A DNA stretch of 64,000 nucleotides from NCBI GenBank assembly GCA_963737265.1, contig CAVTRY010000012.1, positions 367,178-431,177 on the forward strand, given 5' to 3'. The notes beneath the pieces are model-generated. The model was not told the DNA's origin. It made no database searches and saw only the letters and a program-made list of their open reading frames with translations. Shown here in pieces: positions 30,970 to 39,397 of the stretch; the stretch's first letter is position 1, and every line of letters starts with the position of its first letter. This stretch comes from an uncultured delta proteobacterium (GTDB lineage Bacteria > Myxococcota_A > Polyangia > Fen-1088). The position numbers and the translations under genes were made by a program.

Positions 30970-31764
30970 TTACATCGCCCCATTGTTGTCGGGGGTAGTT
31001 GTCGTTGGTTGATCGGTAGTTGTCGTAGTTGTCGCTGGGGTGGTGACGCCTCTCTTTCGTGCTTCTTCGCTGCGGTAGCTGGGGCCGGTCATCTCAAGGA
31101 TGACCGCGTGGTGGACCAGTCGGTCGATGGCGGCGGCGGTGGTCATGGGATCCTTGAAAATGCGGATCCAATCGCTGAAGACCAGGTTGCTGGTGATGAG
31201 GACGCTCTTGCGTTCGTACCGCTCGGCCAGGAAGGTGAAAAGGACCTCCATTTCATCGCGGCTCTGCTGGACGTAGCCGATGTCGTCGAGGATCACGGCG
31301 TGATAGATGTTGAGCGCGGCCAGTTCTCGTTCCAGGCGAAGGTCGCGCTTGGCGGCCAGCAGCCTCTGGACAAGCGCGAAGGTCGGCGTGAAGAGGACCC
31401 GGTAGCCGCGCCGGATGAGTTCGTGGCCGATGGCAGCCACAACGTGACTTTTGCCTCGGCCGGGCAGTCCGAAGACGAGCAGGTTCTCCCCACGTTCGAC
31501 AAAGCCACCCTCACACAGGCTCGCCATCTGCTTCATCACCTTGGGTGACAGCCGACCACGTTCCAGGGTGGCCAGGGTTTTCTCCGTGGGAAGGTCCGAA
31601 TCGCGAAGCGCGCGATCGATGCGACGGGTTCGGCGCTCTTCGATTTCCAGTTCGGCCAGGTGCTGGAGGTATTGGCTGAAGGTCCACCCCTCGCGGCTGG
31701 CCTTGATCGCGATCTCCTCGGCGTGCCGGGTGAAGGCAGGCAGCTTGAGCGCGCGCAGAAGCAC
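30970..31764 (-). CDS. istB: IstB ATP-binding helper (natural ATG probably 31819, with an indel)
   Basis: GLPGRGKSH, ILDDIGY, ERYER, ITSN, AAIDRLVHH. Confidence 0.92.
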   Translation of the reverse strand: MLLRALKLPAFTRHAEEIAIKASREGWTFSQYLQHLAELEIEERRTRRIDRALRDSDLPTEKTLATLERGRLSPKVMKQMASLCEGGFVERGENLLVFGLPGRGKSHVVAAIGHELIRRGYRVLFTPTFALVQRLLAAKRDLRLERELAALNIYHAVILDDIGYVQQSRDEMEVLFTFLAERYERKSVLITSNLVFSDWIRIFKDPMTTAAAIDRLVHHAVILEMTGPSYRSEEARKRGVTTPATTTTTTDQPTTTTPDNNGAM

Positions 31765-31815
31765 CAGCAGAGCGTTCGAGCGCGCTCGGCTTGACCGTGT
31801 CTACGGAGACGTTGG

Positions 31816-33315
31816 TCATGATGCCACCTGTTCGAGGAGCAGGTCGTAGGACGCGAGATCGACCAGCGGTGCTTCGAGCGCGGGGACGCTCGGTGGATAG
31901 GTACTGTCCGTCGCCTGTGTGCATCTCTTCTTGGTTGCATCCGCCGTCAAGATGGTCCCATCGGCAAGCAGAGTCGTGAGCGCTTGCTCGACATCGGCTT
32001 CCATCGTGCTGGCGGCCAGGTGAAGAATGCGCAGGTATTCAACGTCGCCTTTGATTCCAGGCTTGGTCGCCTGGATCGCGTCGTATGCCCGCCTGAAAGT
32101 CACGCTTGGAAACAGCTCTTCTCGGTAGACGTAGCGAGAAAACGCGCCCGGCTTGCGCACCAAAGACCAGATGACGTGCCGGTAGTCGATGCGCGCGGTC
32201 TTGCCTCGCAGCCTGTCGCAGGCCAATTCCAAGTTGTCGGCGTAGTACACCTCGATTCGGTGCTCGAACACGCGGACTCTCACCCGTGCGCCGATCAGCC
32301 TCGACGGCACCGAGTAGGCGCACGACTTGACCCGGATGGTGCTCGTCGACGCCACAGGTGCCGTCATTTCTGCGTACTCCGGCAAACGCTCCACCACCAG
32401 CGGCCGCATGGCTTCGATCTCCTCGGCGACGCGCGGGCCTCGCGAAGCGTTGGCTTTGCGGACCACCTTGGCTACGAAGCGTTCGTAGTCGTCTTGGTCC
32501 GCGAAGTCGCGGCTGCCACGCACCAGCAACGCTTGTTCAAGCCGACGCTTGAGCGCGCCGTTGCTGGCCTCCACATCGCCGTTTTGTTCCTTGGCCCCGA
32601 CGGCTGTAGTTCGTGGCTCCATTCCGAGGTGCCGCATGACCGCCTTGTATTCATCGTTGAAAGTGCGATCTTCCGCATCGCGAGCGATCTGATGTGTCGC
32701 CGCCGTCGAGTGGTCGGTTTGGTGGTATCGCGGCACCCGCCCAAGCTGGAACAGCGCCGACTGGATCCCTCGCCGAAGCGCTGCCAGAGACTCCGACAGA
32801 CACGCGGTCGCCCATTGCCAGTTCGAGTACGGCAGCACCGTCACGCACAAAAGGTGCACAAATAGCTGGCCCACGATCGTCACACCAAGCTCCGCCGTCG
32901 ACGTGAAGTCGGTTTGCGCGGCTTCACCGGGCCGATGCGCCTGCGTGAACCAAATCTCACGCGCAGGACCATGCTCGGCCCGCCAGCGACGGATTCGCCG
33001 CTGCATTGTCCGAAGATGGCTCTCGTTGTACCGCCCTGGCTGCTTCGCCTCCAGCAGCTCCAGCACCGTCTGAGCCTCCAGCCCAGGCGTTTCCTCCAGC
33101 AACTTGGCCACGGCTGGCCAGTCCTCGGCGAACGCGTCAGGGCGCGTCCGCCACCACCGCGGCTGCCGTAGCTCCGACGGTAGCTTGCCCGCGGCGATGT
33201 ATCGCCGCCCTGTCTTCCGGTCCATGCCCGCCTTCATGGCGGCCTGGCCTACTTTTCCAATCTTGCTCATCTCTTCCATCAAACGCCTCACTTGGGCGTC
33301 GGTGACCGGCTTCAA
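31816..33315 (-). CDS. istA: IstA DDE transposase
   Basis: PGEAAQTDF, LPYSNW, QTDH, ENGDVE-like, YSVPSRLIG. Confidence 0.92.
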   Translation of the reverse strand: MKPVTDAQVRRLMEEMSKIGKVGQAAMKAGMDRKTGRRYIAAGKLPSELRQPRWWRTRPDAFAEDWPAVAKLLEETPGLEAQTVLELLEAKQPGRYNESHLRTMQRRIRRWRAEHGPAREIWFTQAHRPGEAAQTDFTSTAELGVTIVGQLFVHLLCVTVLPYSNWQWATACLSESLAALRRGIQSALFQLGRVPRYHQTDHSTAATHQIARDAEDRTFNDEYKAVMRHLGMEPRTTAVGAKEQNGDVEASNGALKRRLEQALLVRGSRDFADQDDYERFVAKVVRKANASRGPRVAEEIEAMRPLVVERLPEYAEMTAPVASTSTIRVKSCAYSVPSRLIGARVRVRVFEHRIEVYYADNLELACDRLRGKTARIDYRHVIWSLVRKPGAFSRYVYREELFPSVTFRRAYDAIQATKPGIKGDVEYLRILHLAASTMEADVEQALTTLLADGTILTADATKKRCTQATDSTYPPSVPALEAPLVDLASYDLLLEQVAS

Positions 33316-34052
33316 AGGTGCCTCCTGCCCGCTTGCGGGCTTGGAGGTCTACCTCACGGTCACCGTCGCGCCTCAAAGCGGGGCGACGTAGCTGTCGTCT
33401 TTGGGGAGATGTAATTGTCGCTCAGCACGTCCGCCTCTCCCGCTGCGCGGGCGAGGAAATGTGGCCGCTGCCGCGGCCGGGGGGGCGTCCCGGTTTCCGT
33501 GGTGGGACTGGACGGGGTGAGAGTGGCGAGTGCAACCGTGGCTCACCGTATGCCCGGGTGCGTCCCTGCCAAGCCAACCATGACGATCGACTCGGTGTCT
33601 CGCGCAGCGGAGGCACTGGTGCGTCGGCCTCCCCGCTGCGTGGTGGCTGCGCGAATCGAGCTCGGCTTCGCTGACCCTGAGGCCGCAGTGGTAGAGGTAC
33701 TCGGCCCTCACCGGCCGCGCTTCGCGCGTCCGCCTCTCCCGCTGCGCGGGCGAGGCAATGTGGCCGCTGCGCGGCCGGGCGGTTCGTTCCAAGTTTCCGT
33801 GGTGGGACTGGGTGGGGTGAGAGTGGCGAGTGCAACCGTGGCTCACCGTATGGCCGGGTGCGCCCCTGCCAAGCCAACCATGACGATCGACTCGGTGTCT
33901 CGCGCAGAGAAAATCCGATTACGCGTCAGCAAGGGCGACGTAGCTTCAAACATCCTGCGGCCATTCTTCCGGGGACCTGTGAAGCACGGCCGACATCTCG
34001 GCAGTCTCTCCGAGCGGAAGTGCCGCGGCAGCGCCTTGGTCGGGCCGCGTTC

Positions 34053-34158
34053 TCACGAGAAGTCTGGGATTTCCCGCGACGAGCGAACGACCGTCACAAA
34101 GTCGAGCCGGTCCTCAAGAACTCCATAGACGATTCGGTACGGACGTAGAATGAACACT
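34053..34158 (-). pseudogene. C-terminal fragment of a RelE/ParE toxin
   Basis: FILRPYRIVYGVLEDRLDFVTVVRSSREIPDFS*. Confidence 0.55.
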
Positions 34159-34161
34159 GCG

Positions 34162-34444
34162 CTAGCCTCCGATTCGCAAGACCTGTCCAGGCCCTACCGA
34201 ACTGAGAGCTGCCAGGATATCCGGAACGAGCGGGAGCAGGTCGCAAAGGCAACACACCAACCTTCTGCTGGTAGACCAGGTTGCTGTCGATCGTGATGAA
34301 GACATCAATGCCGCCTGCTGCGACGCGGAGAAGCTCGCCGTTCTTCTTTCCCGCCCATCCGGCCTCGGGTACGGTCTTCACCTCATGGTTGCGAAGGTGC
34401 TTCTTCAATCCACGAGGAAGACACTCGTCAAGCAATACGCGCAT
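34162..34444 (-). pseudogene. DUF5615 PIN-like toxin with internal deletion/frameshift
   Basis: MRVLLDECLP...GWAGKKNGELL...FITIDSNL..QQ; tail DLLPLVPDILAAL...* in another frame. Confidence 0.8.
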
Positions 34445-34652
34445 ATCGAGATACCGCTTCGCCGGCTACATCAAGCACGGCGGCGATCTGTTCCCGGCTA
34501 ACCGTCGGAAAGTCGTCCAGGAAGTCGTCAACACAATCTCCGACCTTCAGGTAGTCCATCAGCGTCTGGACGGGTACGCGGGTTCCGTCGAAGACAGGCG
34601 TTCCCGAAAGGATCTCCAGGTCGACACAAATTGAGGACTGGATCGACTTCAC
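34428..34652 (-). CDS. DUF433 antitoxin
   Basis: DLEILSGTPVFDGTRVPVQTLMDYL...FLDDFPTVSREQ. Confidence 0.88.
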   Translation of the reverse strand: MKSIQSSICVDLEILSGTPVFDGTRVPVQTLMDYLKVGDCVDDFLDDFPTVSREQIAAVLDVAGEAVSRYARIA

Positions 34653-34801
34653 GCTGCAATCATAGCGCGGTTTCTGTGTGCCGGTACTGAGAGTGGGTTT
34701 CCTGTTTCTGCGGCGGAGCGATACCTGGCGGCGCGGGCCGGGTTTCGTGGTTGGCCAGATCGCGCTGGCGGACGGCATTGCGCCACCGGGGCTGTACTCG
34801 G

Positions 34802-34873
34802 CCCTCACCGGCCGCGCTTCGCGCGTCCGCCTCTCCCGCTGCGCGGGCGAGGCAATGTGGCCGCTGCGCGGCC
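34802..34873 (+). repeat. Triple-hairpin REP-like repeat
   Basis: Same sequence as 29640-29711. Confidence 0.9.
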
Positions 34874-34894
34874 ATGTTGTGCAACAAGCAGCTT

Positions 34895-35191
34895 CTACGT
34901 CCGCGCTTCAGCATGCAGCTTGATGCCCAGAGCGCTGATGACCTTGAGAATCGTGTCGATCCCTGGGCTTCTCTCACCCGACAGGGCCTTGTAGACGCTC
35001 TCCCGGGACAAACCTGAATCTTTCGCGACCTGGCTCATCCCTCTTGCTCGAGCGATGTCGCCAATGGCCTTGGCGACCATCGACGCATCACCGTTTGATT
35101 CCTCGAGCACACATTCGAGGTAAGCCGCCATTTCTTTGGGCGTCCCCAGATGCTCCGCCACGTCATAGCGAGTGGTTTTGGTCTTTCTCAT
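34895..35191 (-). CDS. Addiction-module antidote protein (HI1420-like XRE)
   Basis: YDVAEHL...IGDIARARGMSQVAKDSGLSRESVYKALS...P..DTILKV. Confidence 0.9.
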   Translation of the reverse strand: MRKTKTTRYDVAEHLGTPKEMAAYLECVLEESNGDASMVAKAIGDIARARGMSQVAKDSGLSRESVYKALSGERSPGIDTILKVISALGIKLHAEART

Positions 35192-35200
35192 GACTTGCTC

Positions 35201-35440
35201 CTACAGATTCTTGGCCAGCCGGACCGCGGTCTTGATGTCGGCCGCTTGGCCGGATTTGTCACCGCCGATAAGTAAGATGACAATCCATTGTCCTCGTCTT
35301 GTGAAGTACACACGGTATCCAGGACCGTAGTCAATGCGCAGCTCTGATACGCCTTGTCCCACGGACTTGGAATCACCGAGATTGCCCGCTACGACACGTT
35401 CGATGCGAACGAGGACGCGCGCCCGCGCTCGCACGTCGAA
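35201..35440 (-). pseudogene. Addiction-module killer protein (HI1419-like), N-terminus replaced
   Basis: ARARVLVRIER...GNLGDSKSVGQGVSELRIDYGPGYRVYF...GGDKS; upstream 35440-35570 is a DUF4143 C-terminal piece. Confidence 0.8.
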
Positions 35441-35571
35441 AGTCTTGGATGGTGACCCCACAGATGCGATCGGTCTCGAAGGGGGTCTGGCAGATCACAG
35501 TCAGCTTGGCCGTGGGGAAGGCGCGCGCGAACCATGCGAGCTTGATGGGTGAAACTGGACCACGCTTCACC

Positions 35572-35939
35572 GAAACGGGGGCCCCAGCCGGGGGCTCGGT
35601 GAGGTAGCAACTTCTGGCGGAGTGCCGCCGAAAACGCAGATCTGGAACAGCGAGGAACGGAGAAACAGAGACAGGATGACTTTACTGGGCAAATTATCGC
35701 CGCCTGCATCGAAGTCCACCGTCACCTCGGTCCCGGGCGGCAGAGCGGTTGCTTCCTGTCCACTTGGCACAGGTCATTACCTATCTCAAGCTCCTACGAC
35801 TGCCGGTGGGCCTGCTCGTCAATTTCCACGTCCCCGTACTTCGCGAGGGTCTCCGCCGCCTCGTCAACCCAACCCGTGATCCCTCTGGTCCTCCGTTCCT
35901 CCCTGTTTTTCCCTCCGATCCCACGAGGTGAAGCCCCAG
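35572..35939 (+). mobile_element. Degenerate inverted copy (C) of the GxxExxY element
   Basis: Reverse-complement match to 38262-38840; ATG changed to CTG, large deletion at ~35737, outer TIR parts lost. Confidence 0.88.
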
Positions 35940-35940
35940 T

Positions 35941-36072
35941 GCTAAGCCAACCATGACGATCGACTCGGTGTCTCGCGCGGCGCAGGCACTTGGTGCTCGC
36001 CTTGAGATGAAGGTTGTGCCGAACCCAACGCCAGTCCGCCCGCCATCGAAGCCCAGGCGCAAAGCAGCGTAA
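35941..36072 (+). pseudogene. C-terminal half of an XRE-HTH protein
   Basis: AKPTMTIDSVSRAAQALGARLEMKVV...*; its 5' part recurs in the 300-bp repeat. Confidence 0.55.
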
Positions 36073-36167
36073 GACCTCGGCGTCCTACTTGGAATCGCGG
36101 GTGATGAGGATCTCCTCGCCCTCAGCCAGCGCCTTCTCGGCCTTGGGCCATGTTTCGCACCGGACCC

Positions 36168-37322
36168 TCACCCGACGAAAGCATCTGACCACAGCCGTTC
36201 TAGGAATTCCTGCCAGGGCAAAATGAGAATCGCGCCGACCTTTCTCGGTGTTGCCTCCTGGCAGACCAAGACCAGGTGCTTCATCATTTTTTCTTCGGCC
36301 AGCGCCTCAAGGCCCCGTAGGTCTCGTGGGGAAACGCTGCGTGTGGCCTTCACCTCTATGGCCGTGTGCTCACCAAGAATGAAGTCGACTTCGAACTGGG
36401 AGGTGCTGCGCCAGTAGTGCAGGTCCCAGCCAGGACGGCGCGTATCGATGTACGTTCTTAGTTCGTGAAATAGGAAGTGCTCAAGGGCGTCCCCGAGATC
36501 GGTCGACCTCTGCACGAGCGGAGGCAACCTGCGCAGGGTACGTGCGACACCAACATCGAACAGGTAAAACTTCGCGGTTTCGACGGCCTTGCGTTTCTTG
36601 CTTCGATTCCAGGCCGGCAGCTCATGCCCGATGAGCGTGTCTTTCAGAATCTCGAAATACTCGATGACGGTGGTACGCGGGACCTGGGCGTCGCTGGCAA
36701 CCGCGGTCTTGTTGAACATCTGACCGCTGCACGCGGCGGCCACCTCCAGAAAGCGGGCGAAGGCTGGAATGTTTCGCGTCAGCGCCTCGGCGGTGATCTC
36801 CTCTTTGAGGTAGGTGCCCACGTAGGATCGCAGGTCTTCGCTGGCATCGTCGGAAAAGTACACCGACGGCAAAAGCCCGCGGTTCAGCGCCGTCATCAGA
36901 TCGAAGCGTGGTCCCAGTTCCTTCCATGAGAAGGGATGGAGATAGCGGGATCGCGCCCGTCCGCCAAGAAGATTGACACCAGACTGGCGCAGCTTCCTGG
37001 CCGAGGATCCGGTGAGAAGAAAGCGAATTTTCCGGGTCTCGATGAGAAGTTGGATTTCGTCGAGCAGGATGGGCAGCTTCTGGATCTCGTCGACCACAAC
37101 CAGCTTGTTGCGAAAATTCTTGGCCTCGATCTCTTGCCGCATGCGCGTTGGGTCGGCGCTGAGGTCCATCCAAAGGCGATGGTCGAGCAGCTCATAGATC
37201 GGCGTGCCCTCGGGCACGGTCTCTCGGATCAGCATCGACTTTCCGGTCTGGCGAGGACCGAAGAGAAAACACGACTTGTGGGCCGTTGCCTCCATGAGAT
37301 CGAGCTGTCTCGGTATGAACAT
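36168..37322 (-). CDS. AAA+ ATP-binding protein (AAA_14 + DUF4143)
   Basis: GPRQTGKS, VVDEIQK, LTGSSARKL, TYLKEEI, KFYLFDVG, EVDF...IEVK. Confidence 0.92.
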   Translation of the reverse strand: MFIPRQLDLMEATAHKSCFLFGPRQTGKSMLIRETVPEGTPIYELLDHRLWMDLSADPTRMRQEIEAKNFRNKLVVVDEIQKLPILLDEIQLLIETRKIRFLLTGSSARKLRQSGVNLLGGRARSRYLHPFSWKELGPRFDLMTALNRGLLPSVYFSDDASEDLRSYVGTYLKEEITAEALTRNIPAFARFLEVAAACSGQMFNKTAVASDAQVPRTTVIEYFEILKDTLIGHELPAWNRSKKRKAVETAKFYLFDVGVARTLRRLPPLVQRSTDLGDALEHFLFHELRTYIDTRRPGWDLHYWRSTSQFEVDFILGEHTAIEVKATRSVSPRDLRGLEALAEEKMMKHLVLVCQEATPRKVGAILILPWQEFLERLWSDAFVG

Positions 37323-37462
37323 GTGCGCTCCCGTCGGCAGATCCGACGTTTATCATGATAATCGTCGGGTCGCCCGTCAAGGCGGCAAGGAAATTGGCAC
37401 ACCTGGCAGGGTCATCGTTCTGCGGCCCTGGATGGCTCGCCGAAGTGCTGGCGTCCACCCTC

Positions 37463-37535
37463 CCCTCACCGGCCGCGCCTCGCGCGTCCGCCTCTCCCGC
37501 TGCGCGGGCGAGGCAATGTGGCCGCTGCCGCGGCC
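37463..37535 (+). repeat. Triple-hairpin REP-like repeat
   Basis: Near-identical to 29640-29711. Confidence 0.9.
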
Positions 37536-37566
37536 GGGGCTGGGGATTTTGATGGCGATTGCAAGC

Positions 37567-37983
37567 TCAAGCTTCGGTCAGCCAGGCGAGCGCGGCTGGG
37601 CAGTCGACGATTCGAACTGGCGATTCGACGAATCCTTTGGGATCGCGGGTCACGATGGCGTCGCAACCGCAGAATTCGGCCGCGCATGCGCAGACGGCGT
37701 CCTCGAAGTCGGGCCAGCCAAGGGACAAGGCTCGCCGCAGAACCTTCTCGTCAACCGACGCCACCGCAAAGGTGCGCAAGATTCCGTCGGTCGCGCGTCG
37801 GGCGAAAGCGGCGCCCTGGGCGCGGGAAACCAAATAGAAGATGGTCGTGACTCCATGAGCTGGGATGTAGCCCCGGCCCTTGCCCCGCTCGAGGGCGGCC
37901 CACAGGCGCGCCGCGCTGGCCGCTTCGGCTCGGTCCAGAACAACGTCGAGCACGATGTTCAGGTTGAGCAGCAGTCGCTTCAC
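37567..37983 (-). CDS. PIN-domain toxin (PIN_3-like)
   Basis: LLLNLNIVLDVVLDR...DFEDAV...IVTRDPKGF; first PIN Asp appears replaced by Asn. Confidence 0.85.
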   Translation of the reverse strand: MKRLLLNLNIVLDVVLDRAEAASAARLWAALERGKGRGYIPAHGVTTIFYLVSRAQGAAFARRATDGILRTFAVASVDEKVLRRALSLGWPDFEDAVCACAAEFCGCDAIVTRDPKGFVESPVRIVDCPAALAWLTEA

Positions 37984-38210
37984 CGATATTTCCTTCGCAG
38001 GTGACGCCCGTATTCGTCGCGGGAGACACCCTTGGCCGCTCCGCGCAACATGCGCAGGACCGGGGGATCGTCCTCCCCAGAAGTGACTGGCGCGCCGACC
38101 AGGCCGAGATAGCGCTCGACCATCTGCGAAACCGAGGTGTCATGGTGAGCAGCGTAGCGTTTGGCCTGCGCGGCGACCTTCGCGTCCACGTTGAGGGTCA
38201 GCTTGGGCAT
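37980..38210 (-). CDS. DUF6364-like antitoxin
   Basis: MPKLTLNVD...AKRYAA...SVSQMVERYL...HLRRKYR. Confidence 0.85.
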   Translation of the reverse strand: MPKLTLNVDAKVAAQAKRYAAHHDTSVSQMVERYLGLVGAPVTSGEDDPPVLRMLRGAAKGVSRDEYGRHLRRKYR

Positions 38211-38257
38211 GTACGTATACTAGTTCAAGATTTGTACGTATGCCAGAGCACCTGGGG

Positions 38258-38758
38258 CTAGGGGTGCTTCCCTGAAATGGGGGCTGGGGCTTCACCTCGC
38301 CCCGCGCAGGTGGGATCGGAGGGAAAAACAGGGAGGAACGGAGGACCAGAGGGATCACGGGTTGGGTTGACGAGGCGGCGGAGACCCTCGCGAAGTACGG
38401 GGACGTGGAAATTGACGAGCAGGCCCACCGGCAGTCGTAGGAGCTTGAGATAGGTAATGACCTGTGCCAAGTGGACAGGAAGCAACTGCTCTACCGCCTT
38501 GACTTCGACGACCAAACGGCCTTCCACCATGAGGTCGAGGCGATAGCCGCAGTCAAGGTCAAGTCCTTTGTACTGCAGAGAAATCGCGACCTGACGTTGC
38601 GTGCGAAATCCACGCAGGCCTAGCTCGCGCGCCAGGCAGTGCTCGTAGGCCGACTCAAGCAGCCCGGGACCGAGGTGACGGTGGACTTCGATGCAGGCGG
38701 CGATAATTTGCCCAGTAAAGTCATGCTGTCTCTGTTTCTCCGTTCCTCCCTGTTCCAT
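38258..38758 (-). CDS. GxxExxY protein (PD-(D/E)XK nuclease-like)
   Basis: VHRHLGPGLLESAYE...YRLDLMVE...VVEVKAV...AQVITYLK...GLLVNF. Confidence 0.92.
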   Translation of the reverse strand: MEQGGTEKQRQHDFTGQIIAACIEVHRHLGPGLLESAYEHCLARELGLRGFRTQRQVAISLQYKGLDLDCGYRLDLMVEGRLVVEVKAVEQLLPVHLAQVITYLKLLRLPVGLLVNFHVPVLREGLRRLVNPTRDPSGPPFLPVFPSDPTCAGRGEAPAPISGKHP

Positions 38759-38840
38759 ATCTGCGTTTTCGGCGGCACTCCGCCAGAAGTTGCTACCTCA
38801 CCGAGCCCCCGGCTGGGGCCCCCGTTTCAGGGAGGCACCC
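38262..38840 (-). mobile_element. 579-bp TIR-bounded transposase-less element (copy A) carrying a GxxExxY gene
   Basis: TIRs GGGTGCTTCCCTGAAATGGGG / CCCCGTTTCAGGGAGGCACCC (19/21); 9-bp duplication TGGGGCTAG at 38253-38261 and 38841-38849. Confidence 0.88.
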
Positions 38841-38940
38841 TGGGGCTAGGGACCACCTCCGGGCATGGGCGTTAAGCGGTCAACCGCGTGTCCGGATGGC
38901 CATTCGTGATTTTGAGGACACAAATCTTCGAATCGGGTCG

Positions 38941-39010
38941 CTCACCGGCCGCGCTTCGCGCGTCCGCCTCTCCCACTTCGTGGGCGAGGCAATATGGCCG
39001 CTGCGCGGCC
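38941..39010 (+). repeat. Triple-hairpin repeat variant with a compensatory stem change
   Basis: CCCAC-TTC-GTGGG replaces CCCGC-TGC-GCGGG. Confidence 0.85.
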
Positions 39011-39139
39011 GGGGGGAATGGCTGGTAATTGGGTGGCTGCGCAAGGCTATGGACCGGACTGGGGGGTGCGCCGATTATCCGGCCCCGCTGACTCGCCATG
39101 TCTTGCTCCCACCCCCAGCCACCAGCTATCATTACCATT

Positions 39140-39397
39140 ATGCCATCAACAATTACCATTGATGCCGCGGGCCGGTTGGTGGTGCCCCTGCCGGTGCGCC
39201 GCCGTTTGCGTCTGGTCGCCGGCAGCCGATTGCGCATCACCGAGGGGCCCCAGAGCATTCTTCTTGAACCCGAGCACGAGGAGGCGCGGATTGAGGAGAA
39301 GGGCGGGATCTTGGTAGTCGGCGGCCGACTTCACGGCACGGTGCCAGACCATCGCGACGTTCGCCACGACAGACTCGAGAGGCTGGCGGGCTCGTGA
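39140..39397 (+). CDS. AbrB/MazE-type (VapB) antitoxin
   Basis: TITIDAAGRLVVPLPVRRRLRL..GS. Confidence 0.88.
   Translation: MPSTITIDAAGRLVVPLPVRRRLRLVAGSRLRITEGPQSILLEPEHEEARIEEKGGILVVGGRLHGTVPDHRDVRHDRLERLAGS

Larger units (their letters stand above)
30934..33427 (-). mobile_element. IS21-family insertion sequence
   Basis: TG...CA ends, imperfect IRs TGCTGGACGTCAACTACAT / TGCTGAGCGACAATTACAT (rc), 6-bp duplication CGTCCG at 30928-30933 and 33428-33433. Confidence 0.92.
30560..33906 (+). repeat. ~300-bp composite tandem repeat (3 units, the second split by IS21); contains triple-hairpin copies at 30606-30678, 30906-30933+33434-33478 and 33705-33776
   Basis: Unit = wecA 3' piece + triple hairpin + spacer (GTTTCCGTGGTGGGACTGG...GAGAGTGGCGAGTGCAACC) + GCCAACCATGACGATCGACTCGGTGTCTCGCGC; offsets 30581/30881 and 33431/33730. 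Confidence 0.85.

Noticed and set aside
29640-39010. Hairpin repeats as a CRISPR array or canonical integron attC sites
   Set aside because: Spacing is 0.3-2.7 kb with whole genes in between; no cas genes, no intI and no RYYYAAC/GTTRRRY cores.
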